A stretch of DNA of 63,376 nucleotides, the filler included, from Reticulomyxa filosa (taxonomy: Eukaryota > Protista > Foraminifera): NCBI GenBank assembly GCA_000512085.1. It is 18 parts of 18 records of this genome, joined end to end, with 100 filler letters (N's around TTAATTAATTAA, not from the genome) between each part and the next. Parts side by side here need not be neighbours in the genome. Positions count along the whole stretch, not along the records: positions 1 to 8,603 come from ASPP01027733.1; positions 8,704 to 12,127 come from ASPP01025748.1; 16 more parts are not named here. One strand, given 5' to 3'. This document shows, in pieces, positions 1-10,272 of this stretch. The notes under the pieces were generated by a model. It saw only the letters and a list, made by a program, of their open reading frames with translations. It was not told the origin of the DNA and did no database searches. Numbering within the stretch: position 1 is the first letter of the stretch; each line of letters starts with the position of its first letter. The position numbers were made by a program, and so were the translations under genes.

Positions 1-6
1 TTTTTC

Positions 7-44
<38 letters not shown>

Positions 45-182
45 GTATCGTTTATTGCTTCAATAGCATAAAACAAGGAAAACACGAGGGCTACGTAGAA
101 ATAAAAAGGGGGATCCCTTTTTAAATTAAAAACATAATTTATATTGCAAACATATGTTTGGAAATGAAATGGGAATATAAAC

Positions 183-669
183 TTGATAAAAGTTTTCCAA
201 CTCGTAATAAAAATAGATTGGCGCTTTCATACTTTGCTTGACTGTGATTGTGAATGAACATGTTTTCGGCAATTCTGTGTAATTGTTAGTAAAATTCACG
301 TGACATCCTTGGATATTATCATATCGATAACGCTGATAATGGCTCTGTGTCATTATCATTATTTCCATTGCGTTTAGTTTGAGTGTTCATTTCTTCAATC
401 TCAAACCAATTTTTTCAAACTCCAAAAAATTGGTGTTTTTGTTTTATCTGTTATTTTTTTTTCTTTTGTCTGATTGATCTACATCATCGTTTTCCACTTA
501 CCGCATCTGATCTCTCCAATAACACAATCCCTATTGGAATGAAAATCAAAGATACCACTAGCAAAATTCCAGTAATCATCATTGGAGTTAGCACTGGCTG
601 CACTGCGGGAAGTTCTTGTTGACTGAAGGGGCCATCAGCACCTCTTTTCAAAATGCTCATCGACGGCAT
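183..669 (-). CDS. CDC50: CDC50/LEM3 family P4-ATPase flippase beta subunit (5' part; runs off the window start)
   Basis: Exon 669-502 reads FSQQELPAVQPVLTP followed by a TM helix, then a GTAAGT donor. The next exon (~332-183) reads RYD...C.....C...PIYFYYELENFYQ. Both are hallmark CDC50 motifs. Confidence 0.9.
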
Positions 670-1354
670 GCTTCGTTTTGATATTTATTTTGTACTTTTG
701 TTGATATTTGCTATTACAAATAAATTTATATTGAAATGATGAATAGCAGTTCAATTAAATGAGATAGTTATAGGGAGACCTGTCAATGAACGTTTTGTGC
801 AAGACTTCAACTTTTTTGAGCTGCTCATTTGTATCCTGATACGGCATTTCTTTCTATCCCTTGACAAACAATATTATAAAAAAAGGTGTTACGCGACTTG
901 TTTTTTTTATCAAGCCAACTTGCAAATCTTTATAAAAAAATTATCCACATCAATGATCCTGGTCTATTGCACTTTCACGTGAACGGATCAAGGCTGTGCA
1001 TTAAAATGTTTCCAATTTTTTTGGACATATTTAAATTGTCTATTTAATTCTTTAAACAATTGAATTAAATTAGAAGGCTCAGAATGCTTACACAGATGTA
1101 ATCCGTGCACCGACTGCAAGATTGTGCTAGAATCTTTTAGATGCGATTTATCCTAGCAACGTGTAAATGAGGGATACAAACATTTCTCTTAAAGTATAAA
1201 CTCTGAACTATTAGGAAAGGAATTTAATACTAAAGATAATGAAAAACAATGATGTTGTGTCAATAACATTTAAAACAATAAAAACAATAGCCCCAATTAA
1301 ATAAAATGATGTAAAAGGACTTGAGAGAGAAAAACAGAAAATAAGCAAAGGTAA

Positions 1355-2261
1355 TCAATCTTCAAGTGACAAAGACGTATCGGATGATTTGTGCTTTTCC
1401 GAGTTTGAATTGAGTCTTTCATCCTCGTCATTGGCTATGTCCATTAAGAGCAAATGACCTGTAGTCTCTTCATGACAGCAGTTAAAATACTGTACAATAA
1501 AATAATAGATTTGCTGGATCCAATTGCTTAAGTGAATGGCCACACCACTAAAAAATAAAAAGTAGGCACTTTGTGGGAATAGCGACAAGATAACTCCATA
1601 CTGCGGACTTGTACCTATTATTTGGTATTCGAGTCCATGCCATCCCATCAAATCATTTGTTATCTTTGCTAAAATGAATATCCCTAAACCTGTTTATTTT
1701 TGTCCCCCCCCAAATAACATGACGTTTATATTTTTATTCAATTAAAAAAAAAAAAAATCAAAAGTGGCTCTAAACAAATAACAGATATGCCGAAATGGAT
1801 AGCCAAACTTATAAAAATTGTTAATGTAAACATTCGTGCAATTTTAATCGTTTTCGATGCAATATTATTCGAAATATAAAGCGTCACCAATATTGCCGCG
1901 ATGTGAAGAACATACCATAATATCAAACTCCCAATGCTCAAGTACATTAATATACTTATTGTATTGGCCTCAGTTGACGAGTAGCCAGCATCGTTGCAAG
2001 GATGTAACACCGAATACAAGCTATCCTTTGCAGTGTCGTATTCTGCACGAGTATCCTTTGGAACCATCATTTGCACGTAATAATGGCCCTAATTTATTTT
2101 TATTTTTTTCCCAACACTTTAGCAGTCAAAAGAAAAAGAGCCAACGAAAGGTTAACTCTAAACCAGTTGCCGTTTATTATTGACAAAATCACACAAAATA
2201 AAGGAGCAAAGATAAACGCATTTTCCCCCATTTCGCGGCATATTTGCCAACGGTTCTTCAT
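1355..2261 (-). CDS. Hypothetical multi-pass (about 4-TM, claudin-like topology) membrane protein, 3 exons
   Basis: ATG at 2261 reads MKNRWQICREMGENAFIFAPLFCVILSIINGNWFR, then a GT..AG intron, then ORFs 2076-1738 and 1651-1355 with hydrophobic helices and an acidic tail. Confidence 0.55.
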
Positions 2262-2499
2262 TTTTTTTAAATTCAAAGAGAAAAGAGCAAAGAACCAGTC
2301 TGCGACTGCACTTTTTGTGGGGCAACAAAAAATAAAAATAAATTAAAAAAATTAAAAAACAAAAAATAAGACAAAAATAATTTAAAAATAGGCTTGCGCC
2401 CGACAGACAACTATACTATTGTTTTATACTAGTGCAAATTTAACCACTCCTTTTTTTTTTTAAGTCCTTTAAGAGTAGAGGAATAATTTATTAGAGATA

Positions 2500-5096
2500 A
2501 TGTCGAAATTTGATAAATCTCGTTTGGCAATGTTTGAGAATATGGGGAAAAAACCGGATGATAAACCCCCACCACAACCTTCCGCTCAGCCAGCAAGTGG
2601 GAGTAAGTTTAGCAATGATAGGATGGCATTTGTGCAAAAGCTGCAGACACAGACACGCGCAGGCGGAACCGTTCCGTCAACAACGACAACAACAATCAAG
2701 CAGGAAGGCGGCAGCAACGAGACTACTTCTGATGCAAGTGGATCAGGTCAGATAGAAAACACTAGATCAAGCGTATCAGCCAAAGAGACAGCAAAACCTA
2801 CCGAGACAAACAAAGAGAAGGAGAAAGAGAAAGAGAAGGGGAAAGAGAAAGAGAAGGAAAAAGAAAAGGAAAAAGAAAAGGAAAAGGAGAAAGAGAAAGA
2901 AAAAGAAAAGGAAAAAGATACAGGTATTTTTATTTTTTTTTATTTTGAATTTCAAAAATATGAGAAAAAAAATTATACGTAACGAATAAATAACCCAATG
3001 ATAGGCAAGCCGCCAATTGTAGTGCGAATGGCGTCGACGAAAAAAGATGGGTATGTAAGCAAAATGGGTGGGAACGCAGAGGCGTCATCTGGAAGCAGCA
3101 CCGAAAGCAACGGCCCTTCGAATGTAAAAAAAATATGGCAGCGGCGCGTGGATTGAATATAAATTTGGGTGCACTACGTCCGGGAGCGGCATACGTGCCA
3201 AAACGCAAGTCGGAAGGGATGACAGCGGACATGACGACACCGGTGTTGGATAGACCTTCCATCCACGGTGGGCGTCGTCGCAAGTCGAGACTTCATAAGC
3301 GAGCATCAGTTATGTTGCGATTGAGCAAACAATATTGCATAAGACATATACATAAATGTATACATAAATATGTACATATATATATGTATATGTATATATA
3401 TATATATGTTTATGTTTATGTATACATATATAGAGCATAACAGAAGAAGACGTAGAACAAGCATTGACACAAAAAGTGTCAAAGCGATGGAGTGTAATGG
3501 GACCAGCGACAACAACAGATTCGGCTTCTGCGGATGAAAATGAACATGGCAATGAGACTGGCAATGAAACTGGCAATGAAACCGAAACTGAAAATGAAAA
3601 CGACAATGTCGACGAAAAGTCCCTGGTGATGAACAAAGATGCCGATGTCAGTGGCAAGGCGTCGAGTGTCCCCCCTCCGGCCCCTTCTCAGACAAAGGCA
3701 AAGAAGGACACTGCAAGTGAGCACGAAGACAAAACTGAAGAGCACAATAGCGATGCCGAAAGTGACAAAGGAGAAAAGGAAGAAGAGGAACTGGAACTGG
3801 AACAGGAACAGGAACAAGAACAGGAACAGGAACAGGAGCAGGAGCATGACAGTAAGGACACAGACGAAGCTCGAAGCCAATCCGTCCCACCGGATGCAAC
3901 TGAGTCCACTACCTTATTACGCAGCAGAGAGGAAAGCATACGTTTGAATCGCATGATTTCGCCCGAATTACGAGCAATGGCAGTCCCCAAAAGCGGTGCC
4001 AAATTGCCCATGGCACAGGGCTTGGATGCAAAAAATTGGTCGTCCACTTCAAATGCTGCTCAATCTTCTTCTAGTTTTGTTTTCATTCGTCAGTCCATTT
4101 ACCTGTTTTATTGTATATATGTATGTATATAACTTGTATCGAAATATATTTTACACAATCGATGTACACTTTATATATGTATATGTTGTATATCACGCGC
4201 ATATGGTATGTACTTACTTGATGTATTTGTTTCACACAAACGTAATGAATATCCTCTTGGAAACGCATGATAGAAAAGGGATATACCTCCACTGTGACAA
4301 TTGCAACAACCACCACCAAGGATTCCAGTGGCAATACCGAACAGGAACATGTCTCAACCATTTCCAATTCAGAAGTACTTTTTATCACTTTTCCTTTTCT
4401 GACTTTCTCCTTTACTCTAACAGGGTTATGCATATGCTTGAAGGAAATGTGCGTCGTGTACGTAATAGGGACAAAAATCGACAGTGACAACCTCTGTTAA
4501 AAATCCCAAAAAAAAATAATGCTGTCGATGAAGCGTCTTCCAGCAAGGCCAAATGGAATGCGAAAACTTCGTCATCTGACAACAACAACAACAACAAAGC
4601 AACTGCTGCAAATACAAGCACCACACAACCTCCTCAGCCGCCTCAACCACAACAACCACCGCAGCCACCTCAACCTCCTCAGCCTCCCCAACCTTCACAG
4701 CAATCGCAGCCAACAAAAGAAGGAAATTCCAAATTCCAATCTCTGTTGACTAAAGCAGAGCAAAGCACAGGCTCTGGCAATAATTCTGATTCCGAACAAT
4801 CACGCGCAAATGGACAGAAAACCAATCAATCCAAAGTTACATCGCCAAAGTATTCTCTGCGGCAAAGTGAGACAATAGAGGTCGACATGGCTCCCGAAGA
4901 TGATCCTGATGTGTTAAGAAAGCAAATTGCTGAACTGGAAAGACTTTTGGCTGAAAAAAAAGCGCGTTTGGCTGAAATCAGTATGTGTATACTACTTTTT
5001 TCTTAACATTGTATTTCCTTTCATTCATCAATTCAATCTGTGCATATTTCTTTAGCACGAAAAAATCCAACCGAAGCAAACAAAGGAAAATCGTAA
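2500..5096 (+). CDS. Large low-complexity (KE/EQ/PQ-rich) protein with a CapZIP/FAM21-like motif and a C-terminal coiled coil; multi-exon
   Basis: Exons ~2500-2923, 3005-3308, 3434-4073, 4274-4375, 4469-4980 and a short last exon, with GT-AG boundaries. Two apparent A-run frameshifts (3126-3133, 4508-4516). Confidence 0.65.
2812..2917 (+). repeat. Purine-rich coding microsatellite (KE)n
   Basis: GAGAAG/GAAAAA hexamer repeats encoding EKEKEK. Confidence 0.9.
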
Positions 5097-5676
5097 AGAC
5101 CTGAAAACGGAGAAAGAAAAATGAATAAATAAATTAATGAGCAACTAATATACTCCCCAGCTGTTGTCATTCAAAAAAAAAAAAAAAAAAGAAAGAACAG
5201 CAACGCAAAGATTTTTTTGGGCATTTACTTTGTTTTTTTATCTCATGGACGATTTCAAAAATTTTTGCATTGTTGTGCTTTGGGGCTCTCAGTAACCAAT
5301 AAGCAAACAATGAAATCGAAACAAAAAAAAAAAGTGTAGATTTTTGTACCATTTCTTTGTTTCCGTTTGAATAATTTGCCTTTGTGTTTATAGGGTGACT
5401 TTTTTGATAAAAGTGTTCAGAGAGAAAGATCGCCATAATCTTTTCATCTTTATTCGGATTCGGGCAAGTTTTTCCTTTTTGTATCAAGGATACCACTCAA
5501 AATTTAACAAAATATAGTAATCATTTAGTTAATAAAACAATAGCCTCGTTTTATCAACTTATGACAATAACACTAATTAATCTTTCATTTACAATATGTT
5601 TGCTCATTTGCATACACTTGGTCGTGCAAAAAACTAAAAACTTGTGTTGTACCCTGCCAAATCATAAAAAGTAAGT

Positions 5677-6731
5677 ATGGGAAATTTTGTTTCCTCTGCA
5701 ATAGAAAGCGCACGTTTAATTAGTGGTAATATTCAACAATTTAACGTAATTATATTGGGGCCTGAGGCAGTTAATTACTGTTCCTTTCTGTTTAACAAGG
5801 GGTTACAAGCAATCGCAAGTTCAAACAGGTCGGAAAGACCACGATGCTGTACAAACTGATGGCAAAAGAATTGGTGCTCAGTATCCCGACAATAGGTTTT
5901 AACGTAGAAACAGGTCGGTATAACCCATCACCAGATAAAATACTTTCACTTACTTGCTGGGACATTGGTATGCTATCACTACATTCATCTTCACTTGTGT
6001 GTTCAGTTCCTTACCAAAAAGGTTCATACTGAAAGAAGAGTGGAGAGAAAAAAATTGTGGCAATTGTCAAAAAATAGGTGGAAAAGATAAAATCAAAATA
6101 TTGTGGAGGTAAATAAATGCATGTTCATTGCATACCCTTGATATGTCAAACAACATGTACAAGTGGTTCATAAACTCTGCCATATACCTAAAGTCTGTAC
6201 TGCAAGGGCTGCAATGGCATAGTATTTGTAGTTGATAGTAATGACCGAGATAGACTGTCAATGGTCGATGGGCCAAATGATTGGTCTTCGCTAACACAGG
6301 AGTTTCAACAATTGTGCAGAGAAGATGAACTCAAAGAGATTCCATTATTAGGTCGGATTCTCTCTACTTTTGTTTGCTATTGTTGCTTGTCTCTTTCACT
6401 ATTGCACTTACTTTTTTAAAAAAATAAAAATAAAAAATTGGCAGTGTTTGCAAATAAACAAGACTTACCCAATTCAATGGCAGTGGAGGATGTTGGGAAA
6501 GCCTTGAATGTTGTCGAATCAAAAATGGATTGGAAAGTATTCTTGGAAGAGTGTTCACTCCAACAATTTATCCCGGAAGAAGGGATTATCCGTTGCGTCT
6601 ACGACTTCCTTCCTGGTACTGTTGATGGCACCAGCAGGCCTATTCGTATGCAAGGATGTTGTGCTATAACCGGTGAGGGTCTGTCTGAAGGCTTTGACTG
6701 GTTGATTACTGCTATGCAAAAATGTCAGTAA
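5677..6731 (+). CDS. ARF/ARL family small GTPase (atypical), 5 exons
   Basis: Exons 5677-5769, 5829-5967, 6078-6108, 6194-6351 and 6445-6731 give an MG start, [45 protein letters not shown] and [13 protein letters not shown]. Confidence 0.93.
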
Positions 6732-7075
6732 ATCGACTCAAATCGGACCTGAGCTTATTTCAACAATAAGAAGAACAAGGAGGAAGGAACAAAACGAGCA
6801 ACAAATCGTTCATAACAATTCATGTAAAAAAAAAAGGCTAAAATAGACAATGAAAACTTTTCTTTATTCAAACACAGAGCTTGCTAATCATCTCTCCCAA
6901 AAATGAGCAAACCAGAGATTTTCCACTATGATACAACTTTTGAAAAGAATAAAGATGTATTTTTAAAAAATTCTGCACAAACTTTTCAAGCTATTTTAAA
7001 AAATCACGTGGCGCAGTCTCACAGGACCAAGCCAGAGGCTCCTCCTTCAATAACGAAAAATACAATTATAAACAA

Positions 7076-7948
7076 ATGAAATCTCTCCTTCCTTCAATTG
7101 GTTATAGTCTAATTTTTTCTATTTATATTTGCGTTGGATCATACAAGGACATTTTAGGACAAGAATGGATGAGAACATTAAATGTCGAACTGAGGGAGGA
7201 CACAGCGAGGCACTGCACCGTGTCGACACCTGTTCCGAAGCCCGCTCCTCTTTTGACAAACAACATGAGCTGCTTTTACTTGTTTCCAGGAATCGCCCAA
7301 AAATGTAACAAAAAATTATAAATACGATATCGTTGTACCATTAACTTCAATGAACTTCCTTTGTTTAACTTTTACAGACGCAAAGCTTGAAGAGATGCAG
7401 AGGCAGTTTTGGAGTGTGGTATACGCATACCAACCCATGATTTCGTGCGGTGCTAAATGCAATATTGATCAAGTGCCTCCACAAACAACGATGTGGGATT
7501 TCCTGAAATATCAATCAAATAGCATACACGTTATAGATGAAACAGCAATAAACCGTGAATATTACTACCATCATTTGAATGAATTACGTATCTCTGTCAG
7601 TTTGGCAGATCGAGAACGCGACAAATACTGGAAAAGACTGTTATTTTTTTTTATAGATTAATATTATCTCATATATCAATTGACACGGTTTTTATGTGTA
7701 TTTTGATACAAAGTACAATATGCCGACATGAATTAAACAAGACTCGGGAAAGATGCATTCGAATAAGTGAAGAGTTAGAGGCATATAAAAACGGCACTAG
7801 TCATAGAGAACAAGTTTCAGATGACCAAGAAGATTATTCAGTTCTTCCGTCTATTGCATGGTGCTTAGTTTTTTTTGTTGTTCTTATTCTTTCTTACTTT
7901 ATTTATATTTCTTATTTGCATCCAAAAAAAAAGATGGAAGAAAGATGA
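7076..7948 (+). CDS. Hypothetical membrane protein (N-terminal hydrophobic segment, coiled coil, C-terminal TM); multi-exon
   Basis: Three successive + ORFs (7076, 7350, 7694) separated by AT-rich intron-like gaps; TM segment IAWCLVFFVVLILSYFIYISYL. No family recognised. Confidence 0.4.
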
Positions 7949-8603
7949 GTTATCTGTGCAACTTTTCTTTGACTCATGGCTGTTCTCTTTTGCTCTGCTT
8001 CATTTACTTTCATGACTAACTGTAAAACGGATCAACAGGTTGCATACTTCCAATATCATAACAACATATTTTTTAAATATTCGCTGCGCTTCAAGATCAA
8101 ACTATTTTGCTATCATTAGCTTCCAAAAGACCGAACCAATATCTAATGTGGTCTTGCGCTATAAGAGATATTCTACACAAAACCTGAGTAAATAGTGTGA
8201 ATATCAGATTTTGGCAGAGTTGATGCTCAACTAGACAATTGATTTTTCTTTTCAATCTTATGCATCAGCTTGTTTTGTACAACATGGCTCAAATAAAATG
8301 GAGGAACTTGTGTTGTGTGTGGAAAACTGTTCTTCAATTTTCGCTTGTATCATGCTATTTTATCCAAAATGAGGTTGCTTTTACCTTCTTTTAACTTTCA
8401 ATGACAGCCAACACAAAACGTATTTTGTTAAGGCGATACATTGACAAAATGAGTGCTCAACAAAAAGATAAAAAAGCAGTCACTGAAATATTCAGATTTA
8501 ATGTGAGCAATGACTTGACAAAATGTGTGTTCTTCTGATGTGTGCGTATCAGGGATAACCAAATCAGAAATTAATAAAAATTTCTTTTTTTGAATGAATG
8601 TAA

Positions 8604-8703
8604 NNNNNNNNNNNNNNNNNNNNNNNNNNNNNNNNNNNNNNNNNNNNTTAATTAATTAANNNNNNNNNNNNNNNNNNNNNNNNNNNNNNNNNNNNNNNNN
8701 NNN
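8604..8703. other. Artificial contig spacer N44-TTAATTAATTAA-N44 (first of 17)
   Basis: Identical 100-bp spacers also at 12128, 14200, 20800, 23768, 25132, 26874, 28300, 29626, 31089, 34387, 51355, 53124, 54942, 56980, 59621 and 60740. The core places stops in all six frames. Confidence 0.98.
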
Positions 8704-9864
8704 CTACGATGTTCCAATGGCTTCGTTTACAAAAGATATTGCGTTCAATAGTATCATCGTAGTCTTCGGCTGTGTCTTGGCCGTCATAGCAATTGCATCA
8801 GTCGTCACTATTATCTTCATATTGGTCTTTTTGTTGGACGAACAAATCTGCGCGACTTTAATTGTTGCAAAATTTGCATTGTTTCGTGAGCTCATCGTAC
8901 CAGCAGCACCAACAGCAGTAGCAGTAAAAGCATTGGGCTGGTTCGTGCCGATGACCCTAGTGTTTAAAGAATTGACAAAAATCTCATCTCCTTCTTCGCC
9001 AAAACCTTACTGGTTGAACTGGGGCAGTTCAAGGAGTCCGGTAGTCTGATAGTACTGCAGTAATACGTATTCATATCTATATCCACTGTAAAAGGTAGAT
9101 AAGGACACTTTGACTGCATAATATCTCATTACAATCTCATGTTGTTGCTGTTGTTGATATTGATTATACCTTTGATACTGTTGTAGCTCTTTCGCCATGT
9201 TTACGTTTACATCAATTCCAAAACCTTTGTTTATAGTGTTCATCATCGTTATTAGGTATACTTGCGAGGGCCCGCCTTGATAATAAGCTTACGACTGTTG
9301 CTGCTGTTGCCATTGTGCCATCCAAGGATTAATATTGACATTGCAACTTCACTGTTATGTTGTTTGTATTATTATTATTTTTATTTATGCGTAAAAAAAA
9401 AAACTCGTCGGAATTTTTTAATTTTAAAAACGCATAAAAAAATTGCATAAATATATTATATATACATAAGTAATAAAGAAATAGTATAATCTCAATTACT
9501 ATTGATGGGGTCATATCTTTTTGTAAATATGTATTAATTAGTCTTTTATTTTTCTGTTGATAGTTTTTTTGAAATAAATAAGAGATTATGAAAGATATAC
9601 AAGAAAGAAAAAGCTTTTGTTTTCTTAATAAATGTTAATATGTAGATATGAATATTGTTAAAAGAGTTTTTAGAAACCCTTTTATTGACAGAAAAAGTAA
9701 AGTTTTTTTTATCATCATCAAGGACCAAGAGGATAATGTTTTCTTTAAAAAAATCTGTTGTGCTTTTGGATCATTTGGCTCAAAGAAAAAGAAATATAAG
9801 TATCTTATATTGTACGACTTATCTTAATACGAACATGACGATTATTGTATTTATTCTGAATACC

Positions 9865-10088
9865 TTCGTGAAAACTTTAACGGAAAAACAATCAAGTCGG
9901 ACGTTGAGCCCAACGACACGAACCAAAACTTGAAAAGATAAAATCCAAGACAATGAAGGCATTCCTTCATAGCAGAAACGATTGAGCACATTGATACGAT
10001 CCAAGATAATACAGGCATCCACAAGCAACAACAACTAATCTTTGCTAGAAAGCAATTGAAAGATGGAAGGGCCTTAAGTGATGCAAAT
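9865..10088 (+). pseudogene. Ubiquitin pseudogene with frameshifts, a stop and an internal partial duplication
   Basis: Across frames it reads FVKTLT.K/TIKSDVEPNDTNQNLK/DKIQDNEGIPS*QKRL...IQDNTGIHKQQQ-LIFARKQLKDGRALSDAN, matching ubiquitin [57 protein letters not shown]. Confidence 0.88.
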
Positions 10089-10180
10089 GTAAGTAGTTGT
10101 TTTTATTTTCTGAAAATTCGCAATCTTTATTTATTTGTTTGTTTGGAATATAATTATAATTATAAATATGATTATACAGC

Positions 10181-10272
10181 TTTGTGAAAACATTAACTGT
10201 GAAAATAATCACGTTGACATTGAACCAAATGACATGTCTTGTGTGCTTGCAATAGATAATGATATTCAAGAT
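10181..10272 (+). pseudogene. Second ubiquitin remnant (N-terminal part)
   Basis: FVKTLTVKIIT, a frameshift, then VDIEPND. Confidence 0.7.

Noticed and set aside
3306-4047. Minus-strand and alternate-frame ORFs with LFLF, VPVP, SCSC and RNRN repeats
   Set aside because: These are shadows of the (EQ)n coding repeat on the + strand.
8604-8703. TTAATTAATTAA palindrome recurring 17 times as a biological element
   Set aside because: It is always centred in exactly 44+44 Ns, so it is an assembly linker. Adjacency across linkers, and ORFs ending in XXX-LIN, have no biological meaning.
8717-9049. Hydrophobic + strand ORF as a membrane protein
   Set aside because: It looks like the antisense of a decayed hydrophilic minus-strand sequence in a pseudogene-rich contig.
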